This document shows positions 1 to 11,240 of a DNA stretch of 64,000 bases, one piece after another. Under the pieces are notes generated by a model. That model saw nothing but the letters and a program-made list of their open reading frames with translations, was not told the DNA's origin and searched no databases. Both the position numbers and the translations under genes were made by a program. Origin of the DNA: Magallana gigas (Eukaryota); assembly GCF_963853765.1 (NCBI RefSeq), contig NC_088860.1, positions 38,502,001 to 38,566,000 on the forward strand. The letters run 5' to 3'. The stretch's first letter is position 1; each line of letters begins with the position of its first letter.

Positions 1-38
<38 letters not shown>
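1..38. repeat. (CT)n microsatellite
   Basis: Pure CT dinucleotide run at window start. Confidence 0.95.
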
Positions 39-41
<3 letters not shown>

Positions 42-300
42 GTATACACGTATTAAGTACAATAGTTTGGACTGATAGAAAATACAAGATTCATGTATTT
101 TTTTCTATTATTACCTAAACACTTATATTCATGTATCTTAAATTCACACCCGACATGATGCAGTTGAAAGATGAAACCTGTGAAACTTTGATCATATAGT
201 GCAACAGTAATCTTGTATACGCTATTAAATTTGAACATGATAGTGAACATGAATCTGTAAATATGTTTAAATATGTTTTATTTATGAAACATTTACAAAA

Positions 301-428
301 ATGGTAATGTAATGCATTACTTCAAGAAAATTAAGTAATGGTAATGGTAATGTAATGCCCTACCGGGTAATTCATGAAGTAATGGCAATGTAATGCATTA
401 CTTTACAATGTAATTCGCTCCAAGCCTG
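301..428. repeat. Probable MITE end with GTAATG/GTAATGCATTAC subrepeats
   Basis: Repeated gtaatg/gtaatgtaatgcattac motifs ending in ccaagcctg; the partner end was not seen. Confidence 0.4.
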
Positions 429-450
429 AGGACACAATATACATCTTTCT

Positions 451-621
451 GACACCACCAGCCCCACAGATTTCTCTGACACTGGACAACAAGCCATGCT
501 GGATATTCGGCTGTGTCACGTCATCCTCATTCCATCAGACTGAAATCTGAGGTCGATAGGTCGCATCCATGGAAATTAGGGGCGGAGAATTATTTGTTAT
601 ATTAATAAAAAAAACTTAGGC
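451..621 (-). pseudogene. Decayed copy of WDR11 coding exon 10 plus its upstream intron flank
   Basis: Aligns to 38751-38922 (about 16 substitutions and one 1-nt insertion over ~148 nt by hand count). It has a frameshift, a CGA>TGA stop, and the acceptor AG changed to AA. Confidence 0.9.
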
Positions 622-1053
622 CCCACACAAAATTAAGTTTTATTTCTCAGGGGGTTTTTATTGTTTGCATTGGAATCTAAATGACACATCTCCCATAGTA
701 GTGGGATGGTGGGTCTGAATACTAATCTTGCTTGCAGGGTGCGGCAATGGGGAGTCCAAGACCTATTTTTGACAAGTCTAGCATGTTCATTTGGTAAATT
801 TTATTTTTCAAGGGGTGGGGGTGTCCTGATGCTTGTCTTCCATTTCCTTCTTTAGATCCGCTCTGACATAACTACATGTCATGTAGTTATGGGATCAGAT
901 AAGCATTTTCAGTAAAAATGTTCAAATGTTGTTCACCACAATGACCTTTAATAATTAATTGGTGATAAGGTCACATTTGCTTTTTTTTCTTCATATAAAC
1001 ATCCACACATTACACATTTAAATAAATACATTTATACTTCACTACATTTGTAT

Positions 1054-1121
1054 GCTGATGGTGGGATTTGAACCAACTCTTCATTCTCAAAGGAATGTGT
1101 GCACCATTACACCACACCAGC
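1054..1121 (-). pseudogene. tRNA-Gln(TTG)-like pseudogene or tRNA-derived repeat head
   Basis: Folds as a cloverleaf: GCTGGTG/CATCAGC acceptor stem, TGGTGTAATGGT A-box, CATTC/GAATG anticodon stem with a 6-nt loop CTTTGA, GTTCAAATCC B-box. T-stem has a mismatch. Confidence 0.55.
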
Positions 1122-1445
1122 TTTTATAGAGAAATATCTATTGAACAGGAGAATCTTAAGTCAAAACACAAATACTATCTTTTCAAACCAAACTGGTTAA
1201 CCTACATTTTAAAGCTTAATTGAATATACGTTCAGCGGTGATAAAGAATGTCAGATATATTTAAACCTCCCAACAATGGGTGACCTCGATTCTAGACCAA
1301 CACATATACAAGCATACGTTTGTAACTGGCATTTAATTTGATCATGTAACTTGCACAGGTAGGCAACCGACCAGAAAGAATAAACACCTGACGCCCGCCA
1401 TGTTGGATCGTGAAGACCTGAAGTTTACCAATGGGGTAACGTTAG

Positions 1446-1718
1446 GTAAGTTTTATAATCCACTTTCTTATTGTGTTTTCTTGATAATCTAAAATCTTTG
1501 GACTAATGATTTTTATGCCTTATATTTGTTAAATTCATAATTTTTTCATGAATAGTAAAGAAAAAAGCAACTAACTTTGTATGACAACACATATTAATGA
1601 AAGTTTAATGCATGAAATGAATCTCTAATTCCTACACATACATGTATAGAGATAGAATTACTCAAACCAAGATAATAAATGTATACATCATAAATACAGA
1701 CTGAATTTTACTTTTCAG
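1446..1718 (+). other. Putative 5' UTR intron of the TRIM-like gene
   Basis: Donor TTAG|GTAAGT at 1446 and pyrimidine-rich acceptor TTTTCAG at 1718, just upstream of the ATG at 1755. Confidence 0.55.
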
Positions 1719-1754
1719 GTTTAGTTCCCCCCTAATTACAAGGTTTCCCTGACT

Positions 1755-1907
1755 ATGGACCCCTGGAACAGCGCCCAGGATGTTGTATGCTGCACCCTGT
1801 GTCAGGACTCTGTGGCCCCCATGTACTGTGAAGTTTGTCATATACATCTGTGTAAAGACTGTGTATTGAATCATTTCTCTGATTCCTCTAAAGTTCATGC
1901 CACTTAA
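1755..1907 (+). pseudogene. Out-of-frame N-terminal B-box1 segment of the TRIM-like gene
   Basis: Translates [50 protein letters not shown] (CxxC...CxxC...CxxC...H B-box pattern) in a different frame from the 508-aa ORF. Confidence 0.85.
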
Positions 1908-2983
1908 ACAATATTTAACCACTTTGAACAATCCTAAATGTAGGAAACACACCACCAAACAATGTGAACTCCATTGTGAACAATGTGACATTCCTATTTG
2001 TGTAGAATGTATCTCTTCTGGAAAACATTCAGGACATAAACAAGTTGACATTTTCCAAAGCTTTGAAAACAAAACAGAAATTTTACAAAAAGATTTGCAA
2101 GAATTAGAAAAATCCATTTATCCTAAATACAAAGAGATTGCATCCAACATCCCAGTGCAGAAAGCTGATCTGAGTAAAAACTCCCAGAAATTGACAACAG
2201 CAATTGACAAACAAGGAGAAGTATGGCACAGAGAAATAAACACCATTATCACAAACCTGAAATCTAACGTGGAGGAAATGGAATCCAAACACCTGGTTGT
2301 CCTGAATAAACAGGAAGATGAAATCACACACATCATTTCTGAAATCACACAGACCATTGCTGAACTGAAGAAGTTACTGAACACCAAAGATGTCTGCCTT
2401 GTCTCTGAGTACAAATCCAGGAACGCTGAATTCAGAAGATTGCCTCCTAAACTCAAAGTGTCCTTACCAAAGTTTAGGCCTCAGGAAATCCACACAGATC
2501 AGCTGATTGAACAGTTTGGTGCTCTGTCAGCATTATCTTTTACAACAGAGGAACAAGACTACAGCATGCCGTCCTGGGGAGCCGAGTCCTCTCCCTCAGA
2601 CCGGTCACTGATGGATGTACCCCAGGTCATCACAGCTATAGACACAGGGTATGAATATCTATATGGTGTGACGTGTCTGAATGATACAGAAGTATGGACG
2701 TGTGGTGATGGCAACAGGATGAAACTCTACAACCTGCAGGGGGAACTAGTAGAGTCCATCCAAACCAAGTCAGGGAACGATCCACGGGGCATAGCAGTGA
2801 CAAGGAGTGGGGATCTAGTTTATACTGATCACCATGATAAAACTGTGAACATAGTGAAGAATACACAGATACAGACAGTGATCAGACTACAGGGGTGGAA
2901 ACCTTACGGTGTCTGTAGTACCTCCTCTGGTGACCTCCTGGTTGTCATGGTCAGTAATGATAGAAAACAAACAAAAGTTGTGT

Positions 2984-3019
<36 letters not shown>

Positions 3020-3423
3020 ACGATGACAAAGGACAACCTCTCTATTCACCTGGTGGATTATCTAACATTAAATACATCAGTGAGAACAGGACCCTAGATA
3101 TATGTGTATCAGACTGTGACGCCTGTGCAGTAGTGGTGGTCAATCAGGCCGGGAAACTCCGGTTTACCTATACTGGTCCTCCCTCTACTACCAAGGGATC
3201 ATTCTATCCACTCGGCATCACAACAGACAGCCAGGGTCGGATCCTGACAGCAGACCAATACAACCACTGTATCCACATCCTGGATCAGGACGGAAAGTTC
3301 CTCCGCTACATTGACAACTGTGATTTACAGGATCCAGAGGGTTTATGTGTGGACACCAGAGACAACCTCTTTGTGGCTGAGTATGACACAGGTAAAGTGA
3401 AGAAAATACAATATTACATGTAA
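1897..3423 (+). CDS. RING-less TRIM-like protein: B-box2, coiled coil, NHL beta-propeller (TRIM2/3/71-like bivalve family)
   Basis: 508-aa ORF with B-box CRKH...[16 protein letters not shown]...H..H, a helical coiled-coil region, and NHL-type repeats ([48 protein letters not shown]). Confidence 0.88.
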
Positions 3424-5612
3424 ATCAATTAACTGTATCAATTATATGTAAACAAAGAATATAAGTACATATAACATACTGTGTGTAGATATAATGTAAA
3501 CAAACTATATACATTACATGTCATCATACGGTGTGTATCAGATGTAAACACGCTGAATGTGGATAATTTAATGTATCACACATACACTGACCGTGTCTAC
3601 AAGATGTAAACATACTGTCTAACTGTATCTGTGTTAATCATTCCATTTATTCAATCTTTATTTGTTTATATATCATATGTTTGTATGTAAACAAATTGTT
3701 CTTTTATATTGATCTCAGGAAAACAGACCGTGTTTATATATTGTATGTAAACAAACTGTGTTTATGTATTACATGTATATATCAAGGGATTCAATGTACA
3801 TGTATATTACATATAGACAAACTCCATTTTCTATTTATAGATGTATATATAAAGTGACTGTTTTGATGTGTCTATAATCTGTGTTTGTTACATTAGAATG
3901 AATGGACTGTATTTGTTACATGTGGTTATCAACAAACTCTGTGTGACATGTTTTAAATACACATAATGGGTTAACAGAGAGGTAGCACTCAATTCTTTAC
4001 CAGCAATGGAGCGAGGCCACAAAGGGACTGAGGCCCATTACTTATATAGAGGAGTGATACCAGTATATTAACCCAGTCAGAATTCACATCCAATGAGACA
4101 ATTGTTGTGACTTACCTTTAAACCTTTAGAATTAGAGTAGATGTTTGATCAACTGCTAATCTTGTATCTTCTGTTCTAACTTAATAAAATCCTTGTGTGG
4201 AATAGACTGTCCCTTCGTGTTTCTATCTTGGAGTTTTGCAGAACTGCACGATCAAAGGATTCTGAAAATGTATTTAGACAATGAGTATATTGACATAGAT
4301 ACATATATATATAATACTGCTTATGAATGTTTGACAATTATTTTATCAATAAAACTTAAAACAAAACAATATCAATGGATTCTTTAATATCAGCGCGTAG
4401 CCTTTTAAATTTGGAGTCAATCATACATTGGCACGTCAGAACTGTGGCGTTAGGGGCAGAAATTGCATAATTGTCATGCTGACATAATTTCATTTAAAAG
4501 AGGGGGAGGAATTACAATATATTAAATAAAATAAAAGAACAAAATTTGTACATATAAGTACCGGTACCAATTTGTCTTCATTGAAGCAGCAGTTATACTG
4601 CCTATCTGTGGTCAGTGGAGCAGTGAGGTATGTGGCCCTCTTTCTCCCTCTTAGCGAGTGCAGTAATGAGTGTGGGCTGACAGCGATATCTGAGATGATT
4701 TGACTGCTATTTGATGACTGTAACAAGTAAAATACATGTAAAATATGAATGAGCATGTTTGTTAATTATAATATACCCGTACGTAAAAGTATCATGAACG
4801 AATTGAATAATATAGACAAGTAACAAAGTTTTCGTTTATATTAATATTGAAACATATTTAAATACATGCTGCCAACTGGTTGACATCAAGGTAATTAGCA
4901 AATAAGAGTCTCCGCAGTCTATTACTTGCATTAGTTTTATTACCAGCAATAAAACATTGGCGAAATCTTGGACGACGGGTAGCCAACTGCCTCCTAAAAC
5001 TCCTCTTTTCAGATTGTTTATATGACATGACTGTATAAACTCATGGAAATATAATATTATGAATGTTTTGGTAATAGATTTAATATTTTGTAATTCTGAG
5101 GAAAACTGAAAAAATGAATCAAGTTGGTATTGAACGACAATTTTGTTTTGTGTTATTATACTACAAGACCTTAAAGTTGTATAACCTATGACCCAGACAG
5201 CTCAACTGGTACGGATGGCATCCGATGCAGATTTTAATTTCTCTTCAAGGATGGCCGTTACAAAGTCAAGGCGACTCATTACCTCGATACTTAGACGGTA
5301 TTTGTCCAAAAGTATTGATCAGCTAGGAAATATATAGAAAGAGATTTAAAAAATTTCAATGTAATGTAATATGGAAAACAACAGCTGAGAAAACCCAACT
5401 TCTACATATTTTTCCATAAATCTTCATCCTTCAAAATTACAATGAAAAGAGGTGATGTTGAAACATAAAATAAACCATGTAAATATAATTCTTTGATACA
5501 ACGTAGCCAGTGTTTTTCCATAAGAAAGACTTGGCATTTATACCATCCTGCATCCTCCAGACGACTGGTCTTTGAGCCTGTATTCCGAACCCGGCTTGAA
5601 ATGTACAGCAAA

Positions 5613-5643
<31 letters not shown>

Positions 5644-7258
5644 CATATGAATGATTGACTGCAGTGACTACCTAAAACAAAAATTTATATAATACAGTTG
5701 GAGAGTAATAGTACTATAGTAATACTGTATTTTTCGCATAATGCATTTACATTATTTTGCTTTCAACTCTTGCCAACATTTGTTGAACAAAAAACTTTTT
5801 GTCGAAAAAAAACTTTATTTTCAATCATCAATTTAAGTGTGATTTATCTATTTTAAATGATTTTTTCGGTTATCTTTCCTTTTAAAATATTTGTTGTCAT
5901 TTTTCTGTAAACCTTATAAATGGCCCAAGGGCTTCTATCCTTTTTTTTTCCTTCTTTTTTTTGGGGGGGGGGGGGGGGTCCAGCCCTATCGCCAGACACA
6001 AACTTCAGACCTGTCTTTTTTAAACATATACTCAAAGTTCAGAAATCATTAAATTTTTAAAAGAATAACAAAGAGCAGAAACTCGTTTTGCAAACGGTCA
6101 ATTTCCATCATATCATTGTCCGGGGGTAGGGTCGTCGATCCCTTCTTTTGCCCCTATCCAAGTAATAAGTTGGGTGTGAAACTGCTAAGAAGAAGTGTCT
6201 TATAAGCATACGGTGTCTTACCGATACATTTCGCTTTTATTTACAAAACCAAAAAGTAGTTAAAAAATTACTTTGGAAATCTTCGTAACCATTTTGGTTC
6301 AGAAATCATAAAAAAAAAATTATACGAAGAGCAGATTGTCGTCAATATCTCTGAAATCTGAATATAGGCAGCATAAGACATGCATCATATTAATATTCAT
6401 TATTTATTTTGACCAATAAACTTACTACCAATATTATAACTAGTATATGTTTAAAGGAATTTTTATGAAAAATGTTGAATTATGTTGAGCGAGAAAATAA
6501 TTATATAAATACATTGAATTCCAGTATTTTGCTTTAAAAAAAAATAAATTCATGATTAGATGTGGTAAAACACTGCATGGTATTATATTCACACGCAGAT
6601 CCATAGAAATGAAAATTTTAAGCGAAAAATGTCGATCAAAGAACTTTGAGAAAACAGCAATAATCTGATTAAAATCTGATCGTCGGATCGATGCTTCCGT
6701 TTAAATATGGTTCATGTATTTCGCTACAAGGCGACCTATCAGTTATAAACGGGAGCACCAAGGATATGATTATCAGATTGGAGAGAACACCTACATGTAC
6801 ATAACAGTCGAGAATCTCTAACTATTTAAATTTGCAAACCAGTGTCAGATGGTTTCAATTTTTGTCGGAATTTTCAGACTAATGTTTTAATTTTCTACAT
6901 ATTATATAAACATTTATTGAGATGGGTTCATTTCATTTTTTTTTTTGCTCATATCTTAAGATATTGCAAAATAATCATTATTATTATTTTTTTTTTGTAA
7001 AAACAAACTTTATCTCAAGATAGTGACATTGCTTAAAAAGCGTTTCACAGATAACATAGCGCCTTTGATACCGCGCGCTATGCCGGTATCGGCGCCATTT
7101 GTCGCGGTACTTCAAACCGCTCGGTGGAGAAACCTTTTATTAAAGGGCCCTGACATCTCCCTTACAAAAACCATATCAACACAAAAACCCTCATCATTTC
7201 AATAAAGTCGACAGCAAGGGCAATTTTAAAAGCAGAATGTCCTCCGCCATGCAACGTG

Positions 7259-7906
7259 ATGCAGTTAGCCAAGAGATTGGACCACTCCGAGATTTACTTC
7301 AAGAAAGCCTGCCTCCAGATTGTGATGCTCAACGAGAAACTTTCCTCTGCCAGCAGACGATACCGATTATTATACTTTCATGTTAAATACTGAAATCGGA
7401 TTGGTTTAGACGCAGTTGATAATCCATTCTATTACCCTCAGCATTAGCAACACACTTAGCAACGGGTAACACAACGAATTGTTACATGCGCGTAAATTAT
7501 GCGCGTACGGTTTGCCGTGGAGTTCACGTCATTTCTATATAAAAGCAGTAAAAAAATTCTAAAATTAAGACATTCAGTATAATAAAATTATTAGTGCCTG
7601 TTTGGGAGGATAACAGCTGAAATTGACAACCCTCGACAACTATTGTCAACCTCCGCTTCGCGTCGGTTGACAATGGTTTCCTCGGGGTGTCAATTTCAAC
7701 TGTTACCCTCCCAAAAAGGCACTCTTTATATAATGGCACACGCTTCTGGTCGTCGTTCCTTCCGGTACTCGCTACGTCTATGCTTGGCGGCAATCGAAGG
7801 TCTACGCAACGGTTACTTTGAATACGCCATGATCAAAGCTCAGGAGATGCTACAAGTCAGGCGTGACGAGGATGAGGAGGGCGATCGATACGATATGGCC
7901 CAGTGA
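7259..7906 (+). pseudogene. Small (~93 aa) ORF of unknown function split by a hairpin element
   Basis: 7259-7366 (MQLAKRLDHSEIYFKKACLQIVMLNEKLSSASRRYR) joins 7733-7906 (MAHASGRRSFRYSLRLCLAAIEGLRNGYFEYAMIKAQEM...) in frame once 7367-7732 is removed. GC-richer than the flanks. Confidence 0.55.
7367..7732 (-). mobile_element. Non-autonomous element with long terminal hairpin (family H1, copy A)
   Basis: Reverse-complement match to 31266-31629 and 63502-63838; long palindrome around 7592-7724. Confidence 0.85.
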
Positions 7907-8314
7907 TTTACAACATGTCGCACTATCACCGACCACAATGAATATAAGAAACGGCTCTTTTCAGAGCCACTCAAATTATTCGAGAAGAATGCCTGTATTA
8001 CACGTACTACTTAACAACATAAGGATTCAAAACACATTCACTTTTCATTTAATTTGAAGATATATCACACAAATACAATTTTATAGCAAGAAATCACCGC
8101 ATTTAATTAAATCATCTTGTTTAAAATCACAATAAAGTTCAAAGTTCCCAGTTCCGACACATGGCATCAATTTAATAATACTGGATTCGCCAAACCTGAA
8201 AAAATCTTACAGTCTTTTATCTTAAAGCGCAAATTTTGTCGAATTTCTATACGTTTTAATTTTTATTATGTCCTTGAAAGTGAGGTAGGAGATCTATAGC
8301 GTTTACATATATCG

Positions 8315-8539
8315 CAGGCACGTAGCATTGGGGGGGGGGGGGGGGCAGCCCCCCCCCCCCCCCCCCCCCCCCCCACACACACACTTTTTTCTCGCAGCAA
8401 GAAATTTACATATAAAAATTTAGGATTTTGAAGATTTAGGGAAACTTTAAATTTCCGTTTTTTTTTCTTTTTTTTGCTTGTCAAGATTTTTTGGATGAGT
8501 CTGACCCCCCCCCCTTTCAAAATCGATGCTACGTGCCTG
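8315..8539. mobile_element. MITE with 13-bp TIR and 5-bp TSD
   Basis: CAGGCACGTAGCA ... TGCTACGTGCCTG, flanked by TATCG on both sides; internal G and C homopolymers. Confidence 0.8.
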
Positions 8540-8831
8540 TATCGCAACATATTTTGATTCATTAATGGTCGAGTGACCTTAATTGAAACGAGCTTTTTAA
8601 ATTTTCGTTTTAACTGAGTATAAGCATGTACATGGGTCGGGGGAATCTATTTTATCAATTATTACATGCAGACACTGAAACAATCGTCTCGTTTACATTT
8701 AATTATGTGCGGAGTAAAATAATCGTGTGTAATACTTTTATACTTCTATTTTACTACTTAAAATTGTCTGTTACAGTAACAATTACTTTATACGATTTTG
8801 CCAACACAACTCCCCCCCCCCCCCCTCCCCC

Positions 8832-8968
8832 CAAAAAAATCTTTCATCGATCCTTCAATTCCTAAAACAACAGTTAGCTGGTTGTGGTGACAGTCATTGA
8901 AACCATTGTCCAAGTTAAAGTATTTATAACGGCACATTGTCAAAACATCAAATGCGTATTATGGTTTC
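8832..8968. repeat. Dispersed repeat, inverted copy at about 62899-63032
   Basis: aacaacagttagctggttgtggtgacagtcattgaaaccattgtcc...atggtttc is the near-exact reverse complement of the 62.9-63.0 kb segment. Confidence 0.85.
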
Positions 8969-9186
8969 NNNNNNNNNNNNNNNNNNNNNNNNNNNNNNNN
9001 NNNNNNNNNNNNNNNNNNNNNNNNNNNNNNNNNNNNNNNNNNNNNNNNNNNNNNNNNNNNNNNNNNNNNNNNNNNNNNNNNNNNNNNNNNNNNNNNNNNN
9101 NNNNNNNNNNNNNNNNNNNNNNNNNNNNNNNNNNNNNNNNNNNNNNNNNNNNNNNNNNNNNNNNNNNNNNNNNNNNNNNNNNNNNN
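8969..9186. other. Assembly gap (218 N)
   Basis: Run of N. Confidence 1.
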
Positions 9187-9240
9187 CCACGCTCCGACCA
9201 AAATTATCACCTCATAATATTCAAAGAATGATTCCTTTTT
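9187..9240. repeat. Right arm of hairpin family H3 next to the gap
   Basis: ccgaccaaaattatcacctcataatattcaaagaatgattcc matches the arms at 61171-61322 and a remnant at about 41375-41450. Confidence 0.7.
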
Positions 9241-9989
9241 TTTTTTATTAAGGTATCCGATGTACAATTGACCAAATATTGATGCCTGGTAAGGTATATA
9301 TTCAATGTACTCGTTTGATAGGTAAGGATATGTAGTTTCTAAAAATAGATGTTTTTCCCGCCAAATCACTATGGGGAAGTAACTCTAGCTCTGCAAATCA
9401 CGCATGGTAAAATACTACTTTTCTTTGACGAAAACATGTGTAATCATTAATAATATTTATCAAATAAATATTGCCAACATTTTTTAATAAAAATAAAGTT
9501 TTTGAATAAATTGATTGCCTTTAATATCAATATCTTTTTTTTATCTTTGCGAAATTTTTTTTAACAATGACCATGACGACTCACACGATTTTTACCCCCC
9601 CCCCCCTCCCACGTCAGCCGGCGCATTCATAATCCAACGCATATTCCCGTTACCTGGTAATTTTCCTGTTTTCTATTCCTTTACGATTGAGAACGAGTAA
9701 TTTTAGAATTAAAAATCAAAATTGTTCAGTTTTTTTTTCATTCAGCAAAATGTTTGCACAAAAAATATTGTTACTAATACAACGAAGTCGTAAATTGCGG
9801 GTCACATCAGGTGTGTAAAGCGTTACGTACAAAGCGTGCAAGAACCGTGTGAAATGTTTTATTAGAATTCATTCCAAACCTTTCACTCGTAGAAAACAAT
9901 ATATATTGTATTATCTTTTACTCAAAATTGTATACTTGTTTAACAAAAAAATTAAGTCAGTTGTCGATAAACGATAAAGTCTGACTACG

Positions 9990-10966
9990 ATGTTTCCGTA
10001 TCGGTACAACTGTGGAATGCACAATACATCATTTATTGAGAAGGTTGAAGATCCAGAAAATTCAGAAAATAGAGTCCATTATATCCCTCATCACCCTGTG
10101 AAAAAGGACAGCACTACAACCCCGATTAGAATTGTGTACGATTGTAGCTGCAAGGACAAAACTGGACATGTTAGTCTAAACGACTGCATTGAGCCATACT
10201 CCCCTATGATGAATGACATCACGTCAATATTGACCAGATTCAGACTGAACAAGTTTGCAGTAACAGCAGATATTGAAAAGGCCTTCCTTCAAATTGAGCT
10301 TCACCAGAAAGACCGTGATGCAACACGATTCCTTTGGCTTAGCGATCCAGGTAATGCATCGAGTCCATTGACAACTTACCGCTTTCGATCTGTCCTGTTT
10401 GGAGCAACTTGTTCACCCTTTATCCTCAGCGCTACTCTGATGAAACATTTTCAAGAGAATGCAAATGAAACTTCATCTCTTCTTGAACAAAATCTCTATG
10501 TTGACAATGTTTTAGCCAGCTTCCAGAGCGAGGAAACAGCTATGAAATTCTACAAAGAATCAAGAACCTTACTTGCAGCAGGAGGTTTTAATCTTCGTTC
10601 CTGGAGCTCCAACAGTGAGATGCTACAAAACTTATCTAAAGCAGTAAAAACAGCGGATGAAGACTCTGTCGTTAAAGTTCTTGGAATGAAATGGAATCCA
10701 CAAGAAGATACTCTTCAATATGCAAAGAATGATACTGGACAAAAGAAGTATCCTGTGACTACAAAGCGAGAAGTATTGAGAGAAACATCAAAGGTGTTTG
10801 ATCCACTTGGATTATTAAGTCCTATTTCTGTGAAGGCAAAGATTTTCATGCAAGAGTTATGGAAAGCTAATTTGAAATGGGACGAAAAACTGCCTAAGTC
10901 TATGCAGACTACATGGAGAGAAATCTCATCAGAAATTTGTGATGCACTGGACATCAAAATAAACAG
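9990..10966 (+). mobile_element. BEL/Pao LTR-retrotransposon pol fragment, 5' part (RT)
   Basis: YIPHHPV, RIVYDCS, ADIEKAFLQI, FGATCSPFIL, YVDN, FDPLGLLSP are Pao-type RT motifs. 5' truncated and interrupted by the LINE at 10967. Confidence 0.92.
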
Positions 10967-11240
10967 TTTTTTTGGTCACGTGACACGGATTATAGTGGAC
11001 GCTCATTCCCTTGCTCCTGTGTTTTTGACACTTTTTGCCGTTTTTCGGAACTCCGGGACATTCTTTAACATGGGTATGTGTAAAGTTTGTTCCCAGTGAT
11101 TGTATATATGTTAACATTCTAGTTATTTTGATGACTTTGACTTGTAAATACTGTATATTCATATCAATTCTGCGGTGATTACGCGGTGAGCGATTTTCAC
11201 CTATTCATACCTGTGTAAATACCTGCGTTCGACACTCGTC

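Noticed and set aside
5520-5600. Minus-strand peptide RLEDAGWYKCQV resembles an immunoglobulin F-strand motif (DxGxYxC)
   Set aside because: Isolated four-residue pattern expected about once by chance in six frames of 64 kb; no B-strand Cys/Trp or neighbouring exons.
8884-9369. Several ORFs of 80-136 aa in the ORF track
   Set aside because: Artefacts of translating through the N gap.
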